A stretch of 63,589 bases of DNA, the filler included, from an uncultured Methanosarcinales archaeon (lineage in GTDB: Archaea; Nanobdellota; Nanobdellia; Woesearchaeales; CAYZNE01): assembly GCA_964405295.1 (NCBI GenBank). It is 5 parts of 4 records of this genome, joined end to end, with 100 filler letters (N's around TTAATTAATTAA, not from the genome) between each part and the next. Parts side by side here need not be neighbours in the genome. Positions count along the whole stretch, not along the records: positions 1 to 9,186 come from CAYONI010000001.1; positions 9,287 to 10,944 come from CAYONI010000001.1; 3 more parts are not named here. One strand, 5' to 3'. Made by a program: the position numbers and the translations under genes. The first letter of the stretch is position 1; every line of letters starts with the position of its first letter. Shown here in pieces: positions 1-9,655 of this stretch. Under the pieces are notes generated by a model. The model saw nothing but the letters and a program-made list of their open reading frames with translations. It was not told the DNA's origin and made no database searches.

Positions 1-27
1 GATATAAAGCTATTCTTAAGTCATTTA

Positions 28-693
28 TTGGCAGATAAACATCTAAGTGCAAACAGCTTAAACCTTGTTAGAGCAGCTTTACTCTTCTTTTACAATGAAA
101 TACTAGAATTAAACATAGTCAAAATAAAAACACCTAAAATAGAAAAAACACTACCAACTGTTTTAAGTAAAAAAGAAGTAATAAATTTGTTTAAAGCAAC
201 TAATAATTTCAAATCAAGATTAATGTTAAAACTATTATATTCATCAGGGTTAAGGGTTTCTGAGCTAACAAAATTAAAATATGAAGATATACATTTTGAT
301 GAAAAAACAGGTCTTGTCCGTCAAGGGAAGGGTAAAAAAGATCGGATGTTTATTCTATCACAAGAAGTAATTGATGAAATAAAAATATTCCAGAAAAAAC
401 AAGATAAAAACAAAGGCTACATTTTCACAAACAACATAGGCCTACCAATATCAACAAGAAACATACAGAAATTAATCAAGATTTCAGCAAAAAAAGCCAA
501 CATTAATAAGAATGTAACACCACATAAATTAAGACATTCTTTTGCAACTCATCTGCTAGAAGCAGGAACAGATATTAGAATGATACAAGAGTTATTAGGG
601 CACTCAAATCTGCAAACTACACAAATATATACACACATTTCTCGAGAACAAATCAAAAAAGTCAAAAATCCTCTAGATAATTTAAGGGAATAA
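28..693 (+). CDS. xerA: XerA/XerC-like tyrosine recombinase, 5' truncated by window edge
   Basis: LLYSSGLRVSEL, GKGKKDR, TPHKLRHSFATHLLEAG, LLGHSNLQTTQIY: full R-K-H-R-H-Y catalytic set; frame is open to window start. Confidence 0.9.
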   Translation: MADKHLSANSLNLVRAALLFFYNEILELNIVKIKTPKIEKTLPTVLSKKEVINLFKATNNFKSRLMLKLLYSSGLRVSELTKLKYEDIHFDEKTGLVRQGKGKKDRMFILSQEVIDEIKIFQKKQDKNKGYIFTNNIGLPISTRNIQKLIKISAKKANINKNVTPHKLRHSFATHLLEAGTDIRMIQELLGHSNLQTTQIYTHISREQIKKVKNPLDNLRE

Positions 694-708
694 ATGTTTT
701 AATAAAAA

Positions 709-845
709 CTTAAAAGTTTTAAGCGCTAAAAATCCAATAAAATATTGATTAATCTATTTATTGTATAAACAACTTATTGTACATCCTATTTATTGTATAA
801 GCAATCTATTGATTAACAAATAATAAAGCGCTTAAAACTTTTAAG
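709..845. repeat. Perfect 19-bp inverted repeat enclosing five tandem 16-bp TATTG-initiated units
   Basis: cttaaaagttttaagcgct (709-727) / agcgcttaaaacttttaag (827-845); units start at 743, 759, 775, 791, 807. Confidence 0.85.
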
Positions 846-992
846 AAATACTAAAAAAAGATTAATCTTTTTTGACATGTTCAAACAAGATTTGGTATAG
901 TAAAAATTAAAAATTTTTGTTCGAAATTAAAACCTTTTTATCAAAAAATAAATAGATAGATATATAAATATTCTTTCATTCCAAAGATTTAG

Positions 993-1748
993 GTGGAATC
1001 AACAAAAGATCTTGAAGAAATCATAGAAAAAATAGCTACAAATAATGATAATTTACCTGAGGGCATAGATAAAAATATTATTTACGAAGCAGTCTTATCA
1101 TCTGATACAATAAAAGACAGACATAACTATTTAACAAAGTTAGTTAGAATTGGAATAACACACTTAGCAAATTATATAAGTGCAAATAAACATAAACGAA
1201 AATATGATCTAGTTGAGATTATAGAAAAATTGCTATTTATTAACGAATACCAAATTCCTAAAAATATTTATTTAAAGAAATATAATGAGGCTACTGCAAA
1301 AAATATTAATGATCATTTGGAAATACTAAAAACATTAATAGGATATCTAGGTCGTTTAAAAGAAGTAGAGAGTAAAGAAATAAAAAAAATTAAAAAAGAA
1401 TATTTAATAAAAGGAATAAAAAGCGCAGAAAGTGCAATTAAATTAGCAGAAAAAAATAAAACAATAAATTTTGCTAAGTTAAATTATGCAAATTTTACAA
1501 GAAGACTATGTTCAATAATACGAAACAAGACATATATTAAAGAATCAATTAGATATTTGAAAAGTATAATAAATAATCATAAATATAGCAATGAGAAAGA
1601 TTCATTTAATGCATATAGCAACCTCGGCTTTTTTATTAAGAAAAAAAGTCAAGATAGAAAAAAACTACCTTACGAACCGCGAAGGAGTAAGCCTAAAGAA
1701 AGATACAATAGATCAAAAACTAAATTTTCTCAAGCAGAATTTTTCTAA
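993..1748 (+). CDS. Hypothetical basic all-helical (TPR-like) protein
   Basis: 251-aa ORF, TATA-like TATATAAATA upstream, AYSNLG TPR-like motif; overlaps gatE 3' end. Confidence 0.6.
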   Translation: MESTKDLEEIIEKIATNNDNLPEGIDKNIIYEAVLSSDTIKDRHNYLTKLVRIGITHLANYISANKHKRKYDLVEIIEKLLFINEYQIPKNIYLKKYNEATAKNINDHLEILKTLIGYLGRLKEVESKEIKKIKKEYLIKGIKSAESAIKLAEKNKTINFAKLNYANFTRRLCSIIRNKTYIKESIRYLKSIINNHKYSNEKDSFNAYSNLGFFIKKKSQDRKKLPYEPRRSKPKERYNRSKTKFSQAEFF

Positions 1749-3594
1749 CTAACTTACCGTCAGCCTTACCACGGAGTTCTGCCATGCATAAACCCATTAA
1801 TGCCTTTGAAGGAGCATCTTTATTTTTACTGATTACCTTCTGTACAACCTTCTTTATTTCTATCATAGAAAGAGATTTAAACTTAGAATAATCAACTTCT
1901 TCACCTTTGGCCAACGAGACTAACACATCAAAAGAATTATCTTTATTTATCTTACCTGCATTCAATTTAGCAAGTACCTCATCATAAAAATTAAGAATAT
2001 TCACTTCAACATTATATTTTTTCTTTATTTCTTTTGGATAATCAAGTAAAAACTCAACAATAAACTTAGGTTTCAAATTAGAAAATTTATTAGAAACATC
2101 TCCAAGATCAATACCTGTTCTTAATAATTGTTTTATATCTGAATCCCTGATATTAAACTTTGATTTTATTTCATTGATTTGATTACTTAATAATTTTATC
2201 TCAGGTAAAGAATCAATCAGTTCACTATTTAATTCTAGATTAGAAATGTCTGTTTCAGGATACATCCTAGCTGATCCAGAAATTGGCCTTAAATATGCTG
2301 TTGTTGCATCAGGAAGTGCCTGTCTAACATCTTTAGTTAAATTAAGATCTGATAGAAACTTTTTTATCTCATTTATCGCAACTAAACACTTATCTTTCTG
2401 CTCTGCGATCAGAACAAATCCATCATTCTCTCCACAGGCAAGTTTTAACTTAATTGATTCAATTTCAGCATTTGTTATTCCATAGTTTGGAAGTTCATCA
2501 GAATGAAAAAGGCCTTTAACTCCTAGCACTTTTACTCGACCTGCAATATCTGTTCCAAATCTTTTTCCTGGTTGAATCTCCAAACCTAAAAACCCGGCAA
2601 AATTGTTTAATTTAAGAGCGTAAATAGCCCCTTTATTCTCAAGTGCAGAACGAAGTATCTTAGATTTTGTTTCTTTTAAAATAATTGTAATCTCAGTTGG
2701 ATCACCAACAGTTGCATGCCTTCTATTTAATTCATCATAAATTTTTATTAGATTTTCTTGACGCATAGTCTCATAAGTAACTAACTTAGGTATTAGTTCT
2801 AACTGCTGAGCACCTTTTATCTCAACACGCACACCATTCTTAATTGAGACATTAACATCCTGCCTTATTGTTCCAATACCCCTTTTAACTTTTCCAGTGC
2901 TTCTTAAAACCATACCTATAAATTCTGCAACTTCCTTAGCTTGATTAGGAGTTTTTATATCTGGGTCTGTTGCTAATTCTATTAAAGGTATTCCCAATCT
3001 TGAAAGATCATAAACAACAACATGGTTCCCTGAATCAGAAACATACTCCCTTATTTTCTTGCACGCATCTTCTTCAAGACAAATAGATTGTATGCCCACA
3101 TTTTTCTCTTCTAAAACACCGTTTATTGCAACAAGAGCAGTCCTCTGAAACCCGGTTGTATTTGAACCATCAATAACAATTTTTCTCATAAAAGTAACGC
3201 TATCAAAGATTTTCATATTAAAAAAATTAGCAACTTCTAATGTTATTTTTAATGCATCTTGATTTATTTCATGAGGAGGCTCCTCATCAAGCTCTACAAG
3301 ACAACAAGAATCATTAAAACCGTAATATTGATTTTTTCTTAATTTTTTAGATTCAAAACTAGCTGCAACATCTACATCTCCAGTCTCACTTTTTGCAAGA
3401 TTAAGTTTTCTGTTAACAACAAAATCAGGTTTTAAATAATCTTCATTTAAATGAGAATTAGATTCACAATTACAAAACAACTTTTTAGTATTTAACTGCT
3501 GGTGAATTTCAAGACCGCATTTAAGACCTTTCTCAAAATAATCTATATCTTCACTCAAATTAGTAAAACTTTTTTTCGGTATATCATAACTCAT
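1720..3594 (-). CDS. gatE: Glu-tRNA(Gln) amidotransferase subunit E
   Basis: GLEIHQQL, RKIVIDGSNTTGFQRT, GTIRQDVNVS, RMYPETD; start reset to MSYD at 3594 (GGTGA RBS). Confidence 0.95.
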   Translation of the reverse strand: MSYDIPKKSFTNLSEDIDYFEKGLKCGLEIHQQLNTKKLFCNCESNSHLNEDYLKPDFVVNRKLNLAKSETGDVDVAASFESKKLRKNQYYGFNDSCCLVELDEEPPHEINQDALKITLEVANFFNMKIFDSVTFMRKIVIDGSNTTGFQRTALVAINGVLEEKNVGIQSICLEEDACKKIREYVSDSGNHVVVYDLSRLGIPLIELATDPDIKTPNQAKEVAEFIGMVLRSTGKVKRGIGTIRQDVNVSIKNGVRVEIKGAQQLELIPKLVTYETMRQENLIKIYDELNRRHATVGDPTEITIILKETKSKILRSALENKGAIYALKLNNFAGFLGLEIQPGKRFGTDIAGRVKVLGVKGLFHSDELPNYGITNAEIESIKLKLACGENDGFVLIAEQKDKCLVAINEIKKFLSDLNLTKDVRQALPDATTAYLRPISGSARMYPETDISNLELNSELIDSLPEIKLLSNQINEIKSKFNIRDSDIKQLLRTGIDLGDVSNKFSNLKPKFIVEFLLDYPKEIKKKYNVEVNILNFYDEVLAKLNAGKINKDNSFDVLVSLAKGEEVDYSKFKSLSMIEIKKVVQKVISKNKDAPSKALMGLCMAELRGKADGKLVRKILLEKI

Positions 3595-3604
3595 AAAATC
3601 ACCA

Positions 3605-4903
3605 TTATTCTTTTTCGTAAAGATTACGCGAAATAATTTCCCCAACAAAATTTCTTTCCCACTGTTCTTTAATCTCATCTTTAGAGAAATTTGATAATAA
3701 CCATGCAAGTTTAATAAACGCAGTTTCGGTTATCATTGCTTTTGATTCTAAAACCCCCACTCTTTTAATTATTCTTCCTGTTCGATAAATATTAAGATTA
3801 GTAGAACCATTTATACATTGCGAAGAAATAACGATAGGTAGTTTTTTGGCCATTTCAACTAAAGTATTATTTATCTTTTTATGTTCTTTATTTGAACCAT
3901 CTGATTCTACAGGAATATGGCCAAGACCTGTTCCTTCAATTATTAATCCGTCAAAAGCTTTAAAAGCACTTAACTCCTCTTCAAATAAATTTGGATGTGA
4001 TTTCAAAATTCCGACTTTAACCTCAGATCTAAAAAATGCAGGCTCGAATAAGGGTTCAAGTTCCTCAATATTTTTTATAGCAGAATAACTAATTTTACCT
4101 GAAGAATAGACTTTTGCAACAGGAATACTATTTACTTGTTTAAAAGCATCTCGCCTGCTTGAATGAAATTTTCTGAGATTCATACCACAATAAATATTAC
4201 AAGAATCATCATCAGAAGTAGAATGCATTGATGCAAAAACCCCTGTTAAAGGTTTAGCTCTCGAAACTTGATCTGAAATAAATCTTACTGCAGAAACTAA
4301 ATTAAGTAGAGAATCTGTACTTGGCCTATCACTGGATCTTTGTGAACCTACAAAAACAACAGGAATCTTTATTTTTTGGAGTATAAATGATAACGCAGCA
4401 GTAGAATAATGCAAAGTATCTGTTCCATGAGATATAATAACTCCCGCAACATTCTCATCTAATAATCCCAAAATCTCCTTTGCAATAGTATTATAATTAT
4501 CAAATCGCATATTCTCTGACAGAGTATTAGAAATTATCTTTGTTTTAATTCGAGAAAGCTTCATCAATTCAGGGATTGTATCTAAAAGCTCACTAGGTTC
4601 TATCTGAGCACTAACTCCTCCAGTAGAATAATCAACTTTGCTTGCAATAGTCCCACCAACGTGAAGAAGCATTATTAGCGGTAAAGATTTGTCCTGCTTT
4701 AACTCTTTATGTTTCTTAACTTTATCTTTATGTTCTTCTAATAACCCTGTTGACTTAATATTATCTAACTTAATCGCTTGATTATACCCAGATTCTAATT
4801 TAATAATAATGAACTCCTTATCTGCTGAAGGAACAAAGAGGCCTTCTAATTCCTCTTCTGACTTTAATATTATTTTAATTTTATCACCGAAATGAAACTT
4901 CAT
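3605..4903 (-). CDS. gatD: Glu-tRNA(Gln) amidotransferase subunit D
   Basis: Asparaginase-like GGTIAS, HGTDT, GSQRSSDRP motifs; adjacent to gatE. Confidence 0.95.
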   Translation of the reverse strand: MKFHFGDKIKIILKSEEELEGLFVPSADKEFIIIKLESGYNQAIKLDNIKSTGLLEEHKDKVKKHKELKQDKSLPLIMLLHVGGTIASKVDYSTGGVSAQIEPSELLDTIPELMKLSRIKTKIISNTLSENMRFDNYNTIAKEILGLLDENVAGVIISHGTDTLHYSTAALSFILQKIKIPVVFVGSQRSSDRPSTDSLLNLVSAVRFISDQVSRAKPLTGVFASMHSTSDDDSCNIYCGMNLRKFHSSRRDAFKQVNSIPVAKVYSSGKISYSAIKNIEELEPLFEPAFFRSEVKVGILKSHPNLFEEELSAFKAFDGLIIEGTGLGHIPVESDGSNKEHKKINNTLVEMAKKLPIVISSQCINGSTNLNIYRTGRIIKRVGVLESKAMITETAFIKLAWLLSNFSKDEIKEQWERNFVGEIISRNLYEKE

Positions 4904-4969
4904 TATATACCCCTCCGATATTAATGAAATAAGAACAGAACCTTTATAAATTTTACTTAGAAATACTCT

Positions 4970-6475
4970 TTACTTAATAAGTAAAAAATCTTTCTTATTA
5001 TTATCATAAAACCTTGTTGCAAACTTTAATTTAACCATGCTATCAGAATAGATAGTTAACAAAATAGCATTCTTTTTTATTCTTTGACCAAGATTAATAT
5101 TAAGATAAACTCCTGCACCTTTACTTTTTGGTGCACCAGATATCTTTGCAAGCTTTGAAAATAAAAAATTATCAATTCTTACTATCTTGCCTGATTTATA
5201 TGCAAAAACAACCTTTTTGTATTTACCTATTTCTGGCATGGGAACCCTTCCTTGAGCATCAATAATCTCATCCATCTTTTTTAGTGCAGAACCATCATCA
5301 AGTAATTGCTTTGCTAAAATTTTACCTTTCCCTTTCTTAGATCTTCCAATAAGTTCGAACAGATATCCTGCAAGCATTATGCTCTTATTTCTAAGATCTC
5401 TTGGTGCACCTTCTTCATTTTGAAGAACTTTCATTACATCAATTGCCTCTAAAACAGGGCCAAGACCTTGCCCTATTGGGCTTCTACCATCTGTTAAAAC
5501 AACTTTACATTTAATTCCAGATGCCTTTGTAATCATCTCAAATTTTCTTTTTAATGAAAGAGCTTCTTTTTTACTTGTAAATTTAGATCCTTTTCCCCAG
5601 GGAATATCTATTAATAAATGTGTAGAAGAAACAGAAATCTTCTTTGAAATTATACTACTTAACAACAATCCACTCACATCTATAGAAAGTGGGTGCTCAA
5701 TTCTTATAATTTTATCATCAGCAGGCGCAAGATTTAGTGCACCACCCCAAACCATACATGCCCCGACTTTATTTACAACATTAATAATTCTTTTTTCTGA
5801 CAAAGAAACATCACTTAAACATTCCATAGTATTTGCAGTTCCTGAAGGACTTGTTATTGCCCTAGAACTCGTTTTAGGAACAGTGTACCCTGCTGCAGCA
5901 ACGATTGGTGTAACAATCATAGTAGTTCTATTTCCTGCAACACCCCCAACACAATGCTTATCAACAACGATTTTTGATTTAGGTTTAATTATTAAACCAG
6001 TACCAACTATTGCATCAATTAAATGCTTAATTTCACGCATTGTTAGATTATGTGCAGAACAAGCTGCAACAAAATAAGTCAATTCAATATCTGATAAATT
6101 ATCATTAACTATCTCCTCAACAATCTTTCTGTACTCTTTTTTACTTAATTGTGCACCTGAAAGTTTTTTTTTAATAATATTAATTGATTCAGGCCTTTTT
6201 GCAATTTCAACAGAAACAATAGAATTATCTTTTACATTAAGCTTATTAATCGATTCTTGAAATAAAGCAATATGACCTTGAGGTGAATTCCGTGAAGAAT
6301 ACCCAATATCAACAATACAAATTACTTGTTTATTTTTAGTAGAAACATTTATTCTATCACCAGCAAAAAGATCAAGCTTATCAGAATCTACTTTGTTTAA
6401 AACAGCTATACTAGGATTGCCAGTTTGAATATTTTCTGTTATAACTTTTAATCTCAATACAACACCTCTAACCAA
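4970..6475 (-). CDS. AMP phosphorylase (thymidine phosphorylase family)
   Basis: DKHCVGGVAGNRTT, PKTSSRAITSPSGTA, WGGALNLAPADD; N-terminal extension typical of archaeal AMP phosphorylases. Confidence 0.9.
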   Translation of the reverse strand: MVRGVVLRLKVITENIQTGNPSIAVLNKVDSDKLDLFAGDRINVSTKNKQVICIVDIGYSSRNSPQGHIALFQESINKLNVKDNSIVSVEIAKRPESINIIKKKLSGAQLSKKEYRKIVEEIVNDNLSDIELTYFVAACSAHNLTMREIKHLIDAIVGTGLIIKPKSKIVVDKHCVGGVAGNRTTMIVTPIVAAAGYTVPKTSSRAITSPSGTANTMECLSDVSLSEKRIINVVNKVGACMVWGGALNLAPADDKIIRIEHPLSIDVSGLLLSSIISKKISVSSTHLLIDIPWGKGSKFTSKKEALSLKRKFEMITKASGIKCKVVLTDGRSPIGQGLGPVLEAIDVMKVLQNEEGAPRDLRNKSIMLAGYLFELIGRSKKGKGKILAKQLLDDGSALKKMDEIIDAQGRVPMPEIGKYKKVVFAYKSGKIVRIDNFLFSKLAKISGAPKSKGAGVYLNINLGQRIKKNAILLTIYSDSMVKLKFATRFYDNNKKDFLLIK

Positions 6476-6506
6476 TTTCTAAATCAACAATTTATTAAGT
6501 TTACGA

Positions 6507-7619
6507 TTAAAATCTCTTTAAAACACTAATTATTCTTTCAGAAGTAATTTCCCAATTAAAAAAGTTCATTACCGTTTTTCTTGCAGAACTAGAAAAAGTT
6601 TTCATCTTTTCAGGACTATCAATTAGTATTTTTAAAGACTTGTATAAAGAATAAGTATCATTTTTGTTAATTAAAAGTCCATTATCCTCATGCACAACAT
6701 AATCAGTTATTAAACCAGCTTTTGTTGAAACAACAGGCAATCCACAAGACATTGCTTCAATTAAGGATAAGCAACTAGTTTCAGTTAAGCTAGGCATACA
6801 ATATATATCCATTGCTTGTAAATATGGAACAACATTCTTCCTTCCAGGTATAACTATAACTCCCTTACGGATACTAAAATCTACCACTTCATCTAAGCCA
6901 TTACCTAAAAGAACTAGTTGAAGATTTTTATATTTTCTAAATAATTGGCGATAAACTCTTACAAGTACTTTTATTCCTTTTTCATAAGTTAGCCTCCCAT
7001 GATATCCAATGATAATCTTTTTAGAATCTAACCCAATAGACTCTTTTGCCGCTACCTTATCTTTAGTTGGGACGAAAATAGAAGAATCAACACCAACAGG
7101 TATAACCTCCTTTGGAGTTTTAATACCATACCAGGAAAGTTTTTCTGCAATAGTTTTTGAAGGAGTAATAATTAAATCACATTGATTATATGTAACCTTT
7201 ACAAGATGCTTGGCCAAAAGATTTAGAAATTTAGAAAGAAACGGCTTATTTACAGCGCTTGGAACCAACTCCCATTCTAGAGAATGTTTGTAAACCACTA
7301 TTGGTTTTTTATATCGTTTAGCATACTTAATAGCAAGAAAACCAACAGAACTAATTGTCTGCACAAATAGGATATCTGATGATTTCACAGCAAGCTTAAT
7401 AGTGTTTAACTTTGGTTTTGCAATAGGAAAATCTCCAACTATAATTCTAGATAAAGGAATTTTAATTTGTTTAACATTAAGAGAATTATAACCAAAATCA
7501 GGTGCAAGAATTGTTACATCAAAATTCTTTTTCAAAGAAGGTAAAATCTCCAACAGAAAACTCACTATACCATCAATTCTTGGTGCATGATTATCTGTAA
7601 CAACTAATAACTTTTTCAT
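6507..7619 (-). CDS. Glycosyltransferase family 4
   Basis: GRLTYEKG and PSLTETSCLSLIEAMSCGLPVV (EX7E) motifs. Confidence 0.9.
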   Translation of the reverse strand: MKKLLVVTDNHAPRIDGIVSFLLEILPSLKKNFDVTILAPDFGYNSLNVKQIKIPLSRIIVGDFPIAKPKLNTIKLAVKSSDILFVQTISSVGFLAIKYAKRYKKPIVVYKHSLEWELVPSAVNKPFLSKFLNLLAKHLVKVTYNQCDLIITPSKTIAEKLSWYGIKTPKEVIPVGVDSSIFVPTKDKVAAKESIGLDSKKIIIGYHGRLTYEKGIKVLVRVYRQLFRKYKNLQLVLLGNGLDEVVDFSIRKGVIVIPGRKNVVPYLQAMDIYCMPSLTETSCLSLIEAMSCGLPVVSTKAGLITDYVVHEDNGLLINKNDTYSLYKSLKILIDSPEKMKTFSSSARKTVMNFFNWEITSERIISVLKRF

Positions 7620-8281
7620 TTTTCTTTTATGAAAACCTCTGCAAATCTATACCCATATTTTAAACCATTAAAAAAAGAATTTATATATGTTTGAACATAA
7701 GGAATTGACATTTGCATCAAATGCATTTGTGATTTGAAAGTATTTAATGCTTTAGATTTAATGCTAAAAGTATTTGTTATGTCAACAACTAATTTAAAAC
7801 GCCCTGTTAATTCTTTTTTAACCTTAAAGAAATCCCATACAGTAAAAGTATATAACTCAACAGGAAGATTTTCACAAACATCTTTAACTAACTTATATGT
7901 ATTAATATGATCCCTATTCGGGATATCAACATCAACCGAGGAATGCGTAAGAATCCTTCCAATATTGTATTTTTTTATTATGTTCAAAATTTTTTCGGCA
8001 GCATTAGTTTCCTCTGCATCAGATTGAAAATTACCTTCGTTTAATCCTAGAAAAAATACTTGTTTACCACCAATAACCTTGTTTGCTTCTTGAGCTTCCT
8101 TAACTCGAGTTTTTATTACAAACTCCCTTTGCAAATGAGGATGACTTTTTTCACCATAAGATAAGATAATTGTATATACAGGAATTCCTTGCTTAGCATA
8201 TTTAGCGATTGTTCCCCCGCAACCCAATATCTGATCATCTGAGTGCGCACACACAACCAGTACTCCTTTTGACTCATCCAT
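7616..8281 (-). CDS. PIG-L/LmbE family deacetylase
   Basis: AHSDDQILGCGGTIAK, NRDH, KALNTFKSQ; ATGA overlap with the GT4 gene. Confidence 0.85.
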   Translation of the reverse strand: MDESKGVLVVCAHSDDQILGCGGTIAKYAKQGIPVYTIILSYGEKSHPHLQREFVIKTRVKEAQEANKVIGGKQVFFLGLNEGNFQSDAEETNAAEKILNIIKKYNIGRILTHSSVDVDIPNRDHINTYKLVKDVCENLPVELYTFTVWDFFKVKKELTGRFKLVVDITNTFSIKSKALNTFKSQMHLMQMSIPYVQTYINSFFNGLKYGYRFAEVFIKEK

Positions 8282-8308
8282 ATCTCATAAAATAAGGCTA
8301 TTGATTTA

Positions 8309-9157
8309 TTAAGTTTCTTGATAAATCTCTTTTAAAACAAATAATTTATGTATTAATTTGGCTAACGAATAAGCTTCTGCATCATAATTATTATTTGGGG
8401 AAAATTCAACAACATCTGAAGCTAATACCAATTTTTCAGAAAAAATAAGATTTAATGATTCAAGAACATAATCCCAACTTAATCCTCCTGGTTCAGGAGT
8501 GCCAGTATTTTTAATGAAATTAGGATCAAAAACATCTACATCTATTGAAATATAAACTTTTTTCTTAAGTTTTGAAAGTTTTTCCTTTAATACTTTGAGA
8601 TTAAATTCAGTTGTTTTAATGTAACCTATTCTTTCGTCATTGTTCATTTCATTAAACTCTTCAACATCACAAGACCTTAAACCTATAACCAAAATATTAT
8701 GATTATTAATTAATCTTCTATTAACACACCGATGATTATTTTCTGATCCATTCCATGAGTAAAAGAAATCTGCGTGTGCATCAAAAACAATAACATCAAA
8801 TTCTTCTTTAATAGATTTAACAGTAGGTATTGTAATTGAATGATCGCCGCCTATAAATACAGGGAACTTTTCTTTAATATTAATTTTAGAAATCTCTTGC
8901 TTAATATCTCCAAAAGATTTTGGGTTAATTGTTATGGTTTTTATCCCCTTCTCAAAAATTTCTTTTTCATAATCAATATCAAAATATTCTAATTGATGAG
9001 ATGCTTTAATTATCTCTTCTGGACCTTTATTTGCACCTTTTCCATAAGTTACATCTTTTTCCCAAGGAATGTTAATAACTAAAAACCTTGAATTCTCACC
9101 ACAATATTTTTCAGGTAAATTCATAAAATTAATCATTTTCAAAATCCTCCAAAACAA
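8309..9157 (-). CDS. speB: Agmatinase (arginase family); true start probably MINF at about 9136
   Basis: GGDHSIT, FDAHAD, SIDVDVFDP, GTPEPGG. Confidence 0.9.
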   Translation of the reverse strand: MFWRILKMINFMNLPEKYCGENSRFLVINIPWEKDVTYGKGANKGPEEIIKASHQLEYFDIDYEKEIFEKGIKTITINPKSFGDIKQEISKINIKEKFPVFIGGDHSITIPTVKSIKEEFDVIVFDAHADFFYSWNGSENNHRCVNRRLINNHNILVIGLRSCDVEEFNEMNNDERIGYIKTTEFNLKVLKEKLSKLKKKVYISIDVDVFDPNFIKNTGTPEPGGLSWDYVLESLNLIFSEKLVLASDVVEFSPNNNYDAEAYSLAKLIHKLFVLKEIYQET

Positions 9158-9186
9158 CTATTTCTAACTTTTCTAAATCGCAGAAA

Positions 9187-9286
9187 NNNNNNNNNNNNNN
9201 NNNNNNNNNNNNNNNNNNNNNNNNNNNNNNTTAATTAATTAANNNNNNNNNNNNNNNNNNNNNNNNNNNNNNNNNNNNNNNNNNNN
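9187..9286. other. Artificial contig linker (N-TTAATTAATTAA-N)
   Basis: Six-frame stop linker embedded in Ns; identical at 10945-11044, 42818-42917 and 48076-48175. Confidence 0.95.
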
Positions 9287-9457
9287 TAATATATTAGAAT
9301 AGTAATTTATAAATTTATTTAAGTCTAAGAGTTTGCCCCAAGTCTCCCATAATATTTAAAACCTGCTTTCAAGGCTAAACATGGAAGTAGCGTAAACTCT
9401 AAAAAGATCAAATCTGCAAGATTTTAACTAAATGAAATAATAGAAAAAAGAAATAAG

Positions 9458-9530
9458 GTTACACAAAAGAGTAGCAGTGGTACTCATGCACTCGCCGATG
9501 GTCAGGAGCACTGCGACTGTGGTCGGTAAC
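9458..9530 (-). ncRNA. Candidate structured small RNA (four-way junction/cloverleaf), family unknown
   Basis: GC-rich island; closing stem GTTAC/GTAAC and three hairpins; G-U pairs favour the minus strand; TTATAAATA upstream and U-tract downstream. Confidence 0.55.
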
Positions 9531-9655
9531 ATCATTTAGCCTCATATTATTTATAATCATCTCGGAGGTTTTTTATGCTATTATTTTTTTGGTAAATTAA
9601 AATATCCAATAGTAGTAATGTTTATCTTTATATAAAAATAAAAAAATAAAAGAAA

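Noticed and set aside
743..822. 16-bp units as CRISPR or canonical dif
   Set aside because: Too short, no spacers; ATAA and TTAT are 5 nt apart, not 6
4970..6475. AMP phosphorylase as a novel pathway
   Set aside because: The AMP/RuBisCO salvage route is already well described in DPANN; partner genes are not in this window
9187..9286. TTAATTAATTAA palindrome inside N runs (four places)
   Set aside because: Artificial contig linker; adjacency across these points carries no biological meaning
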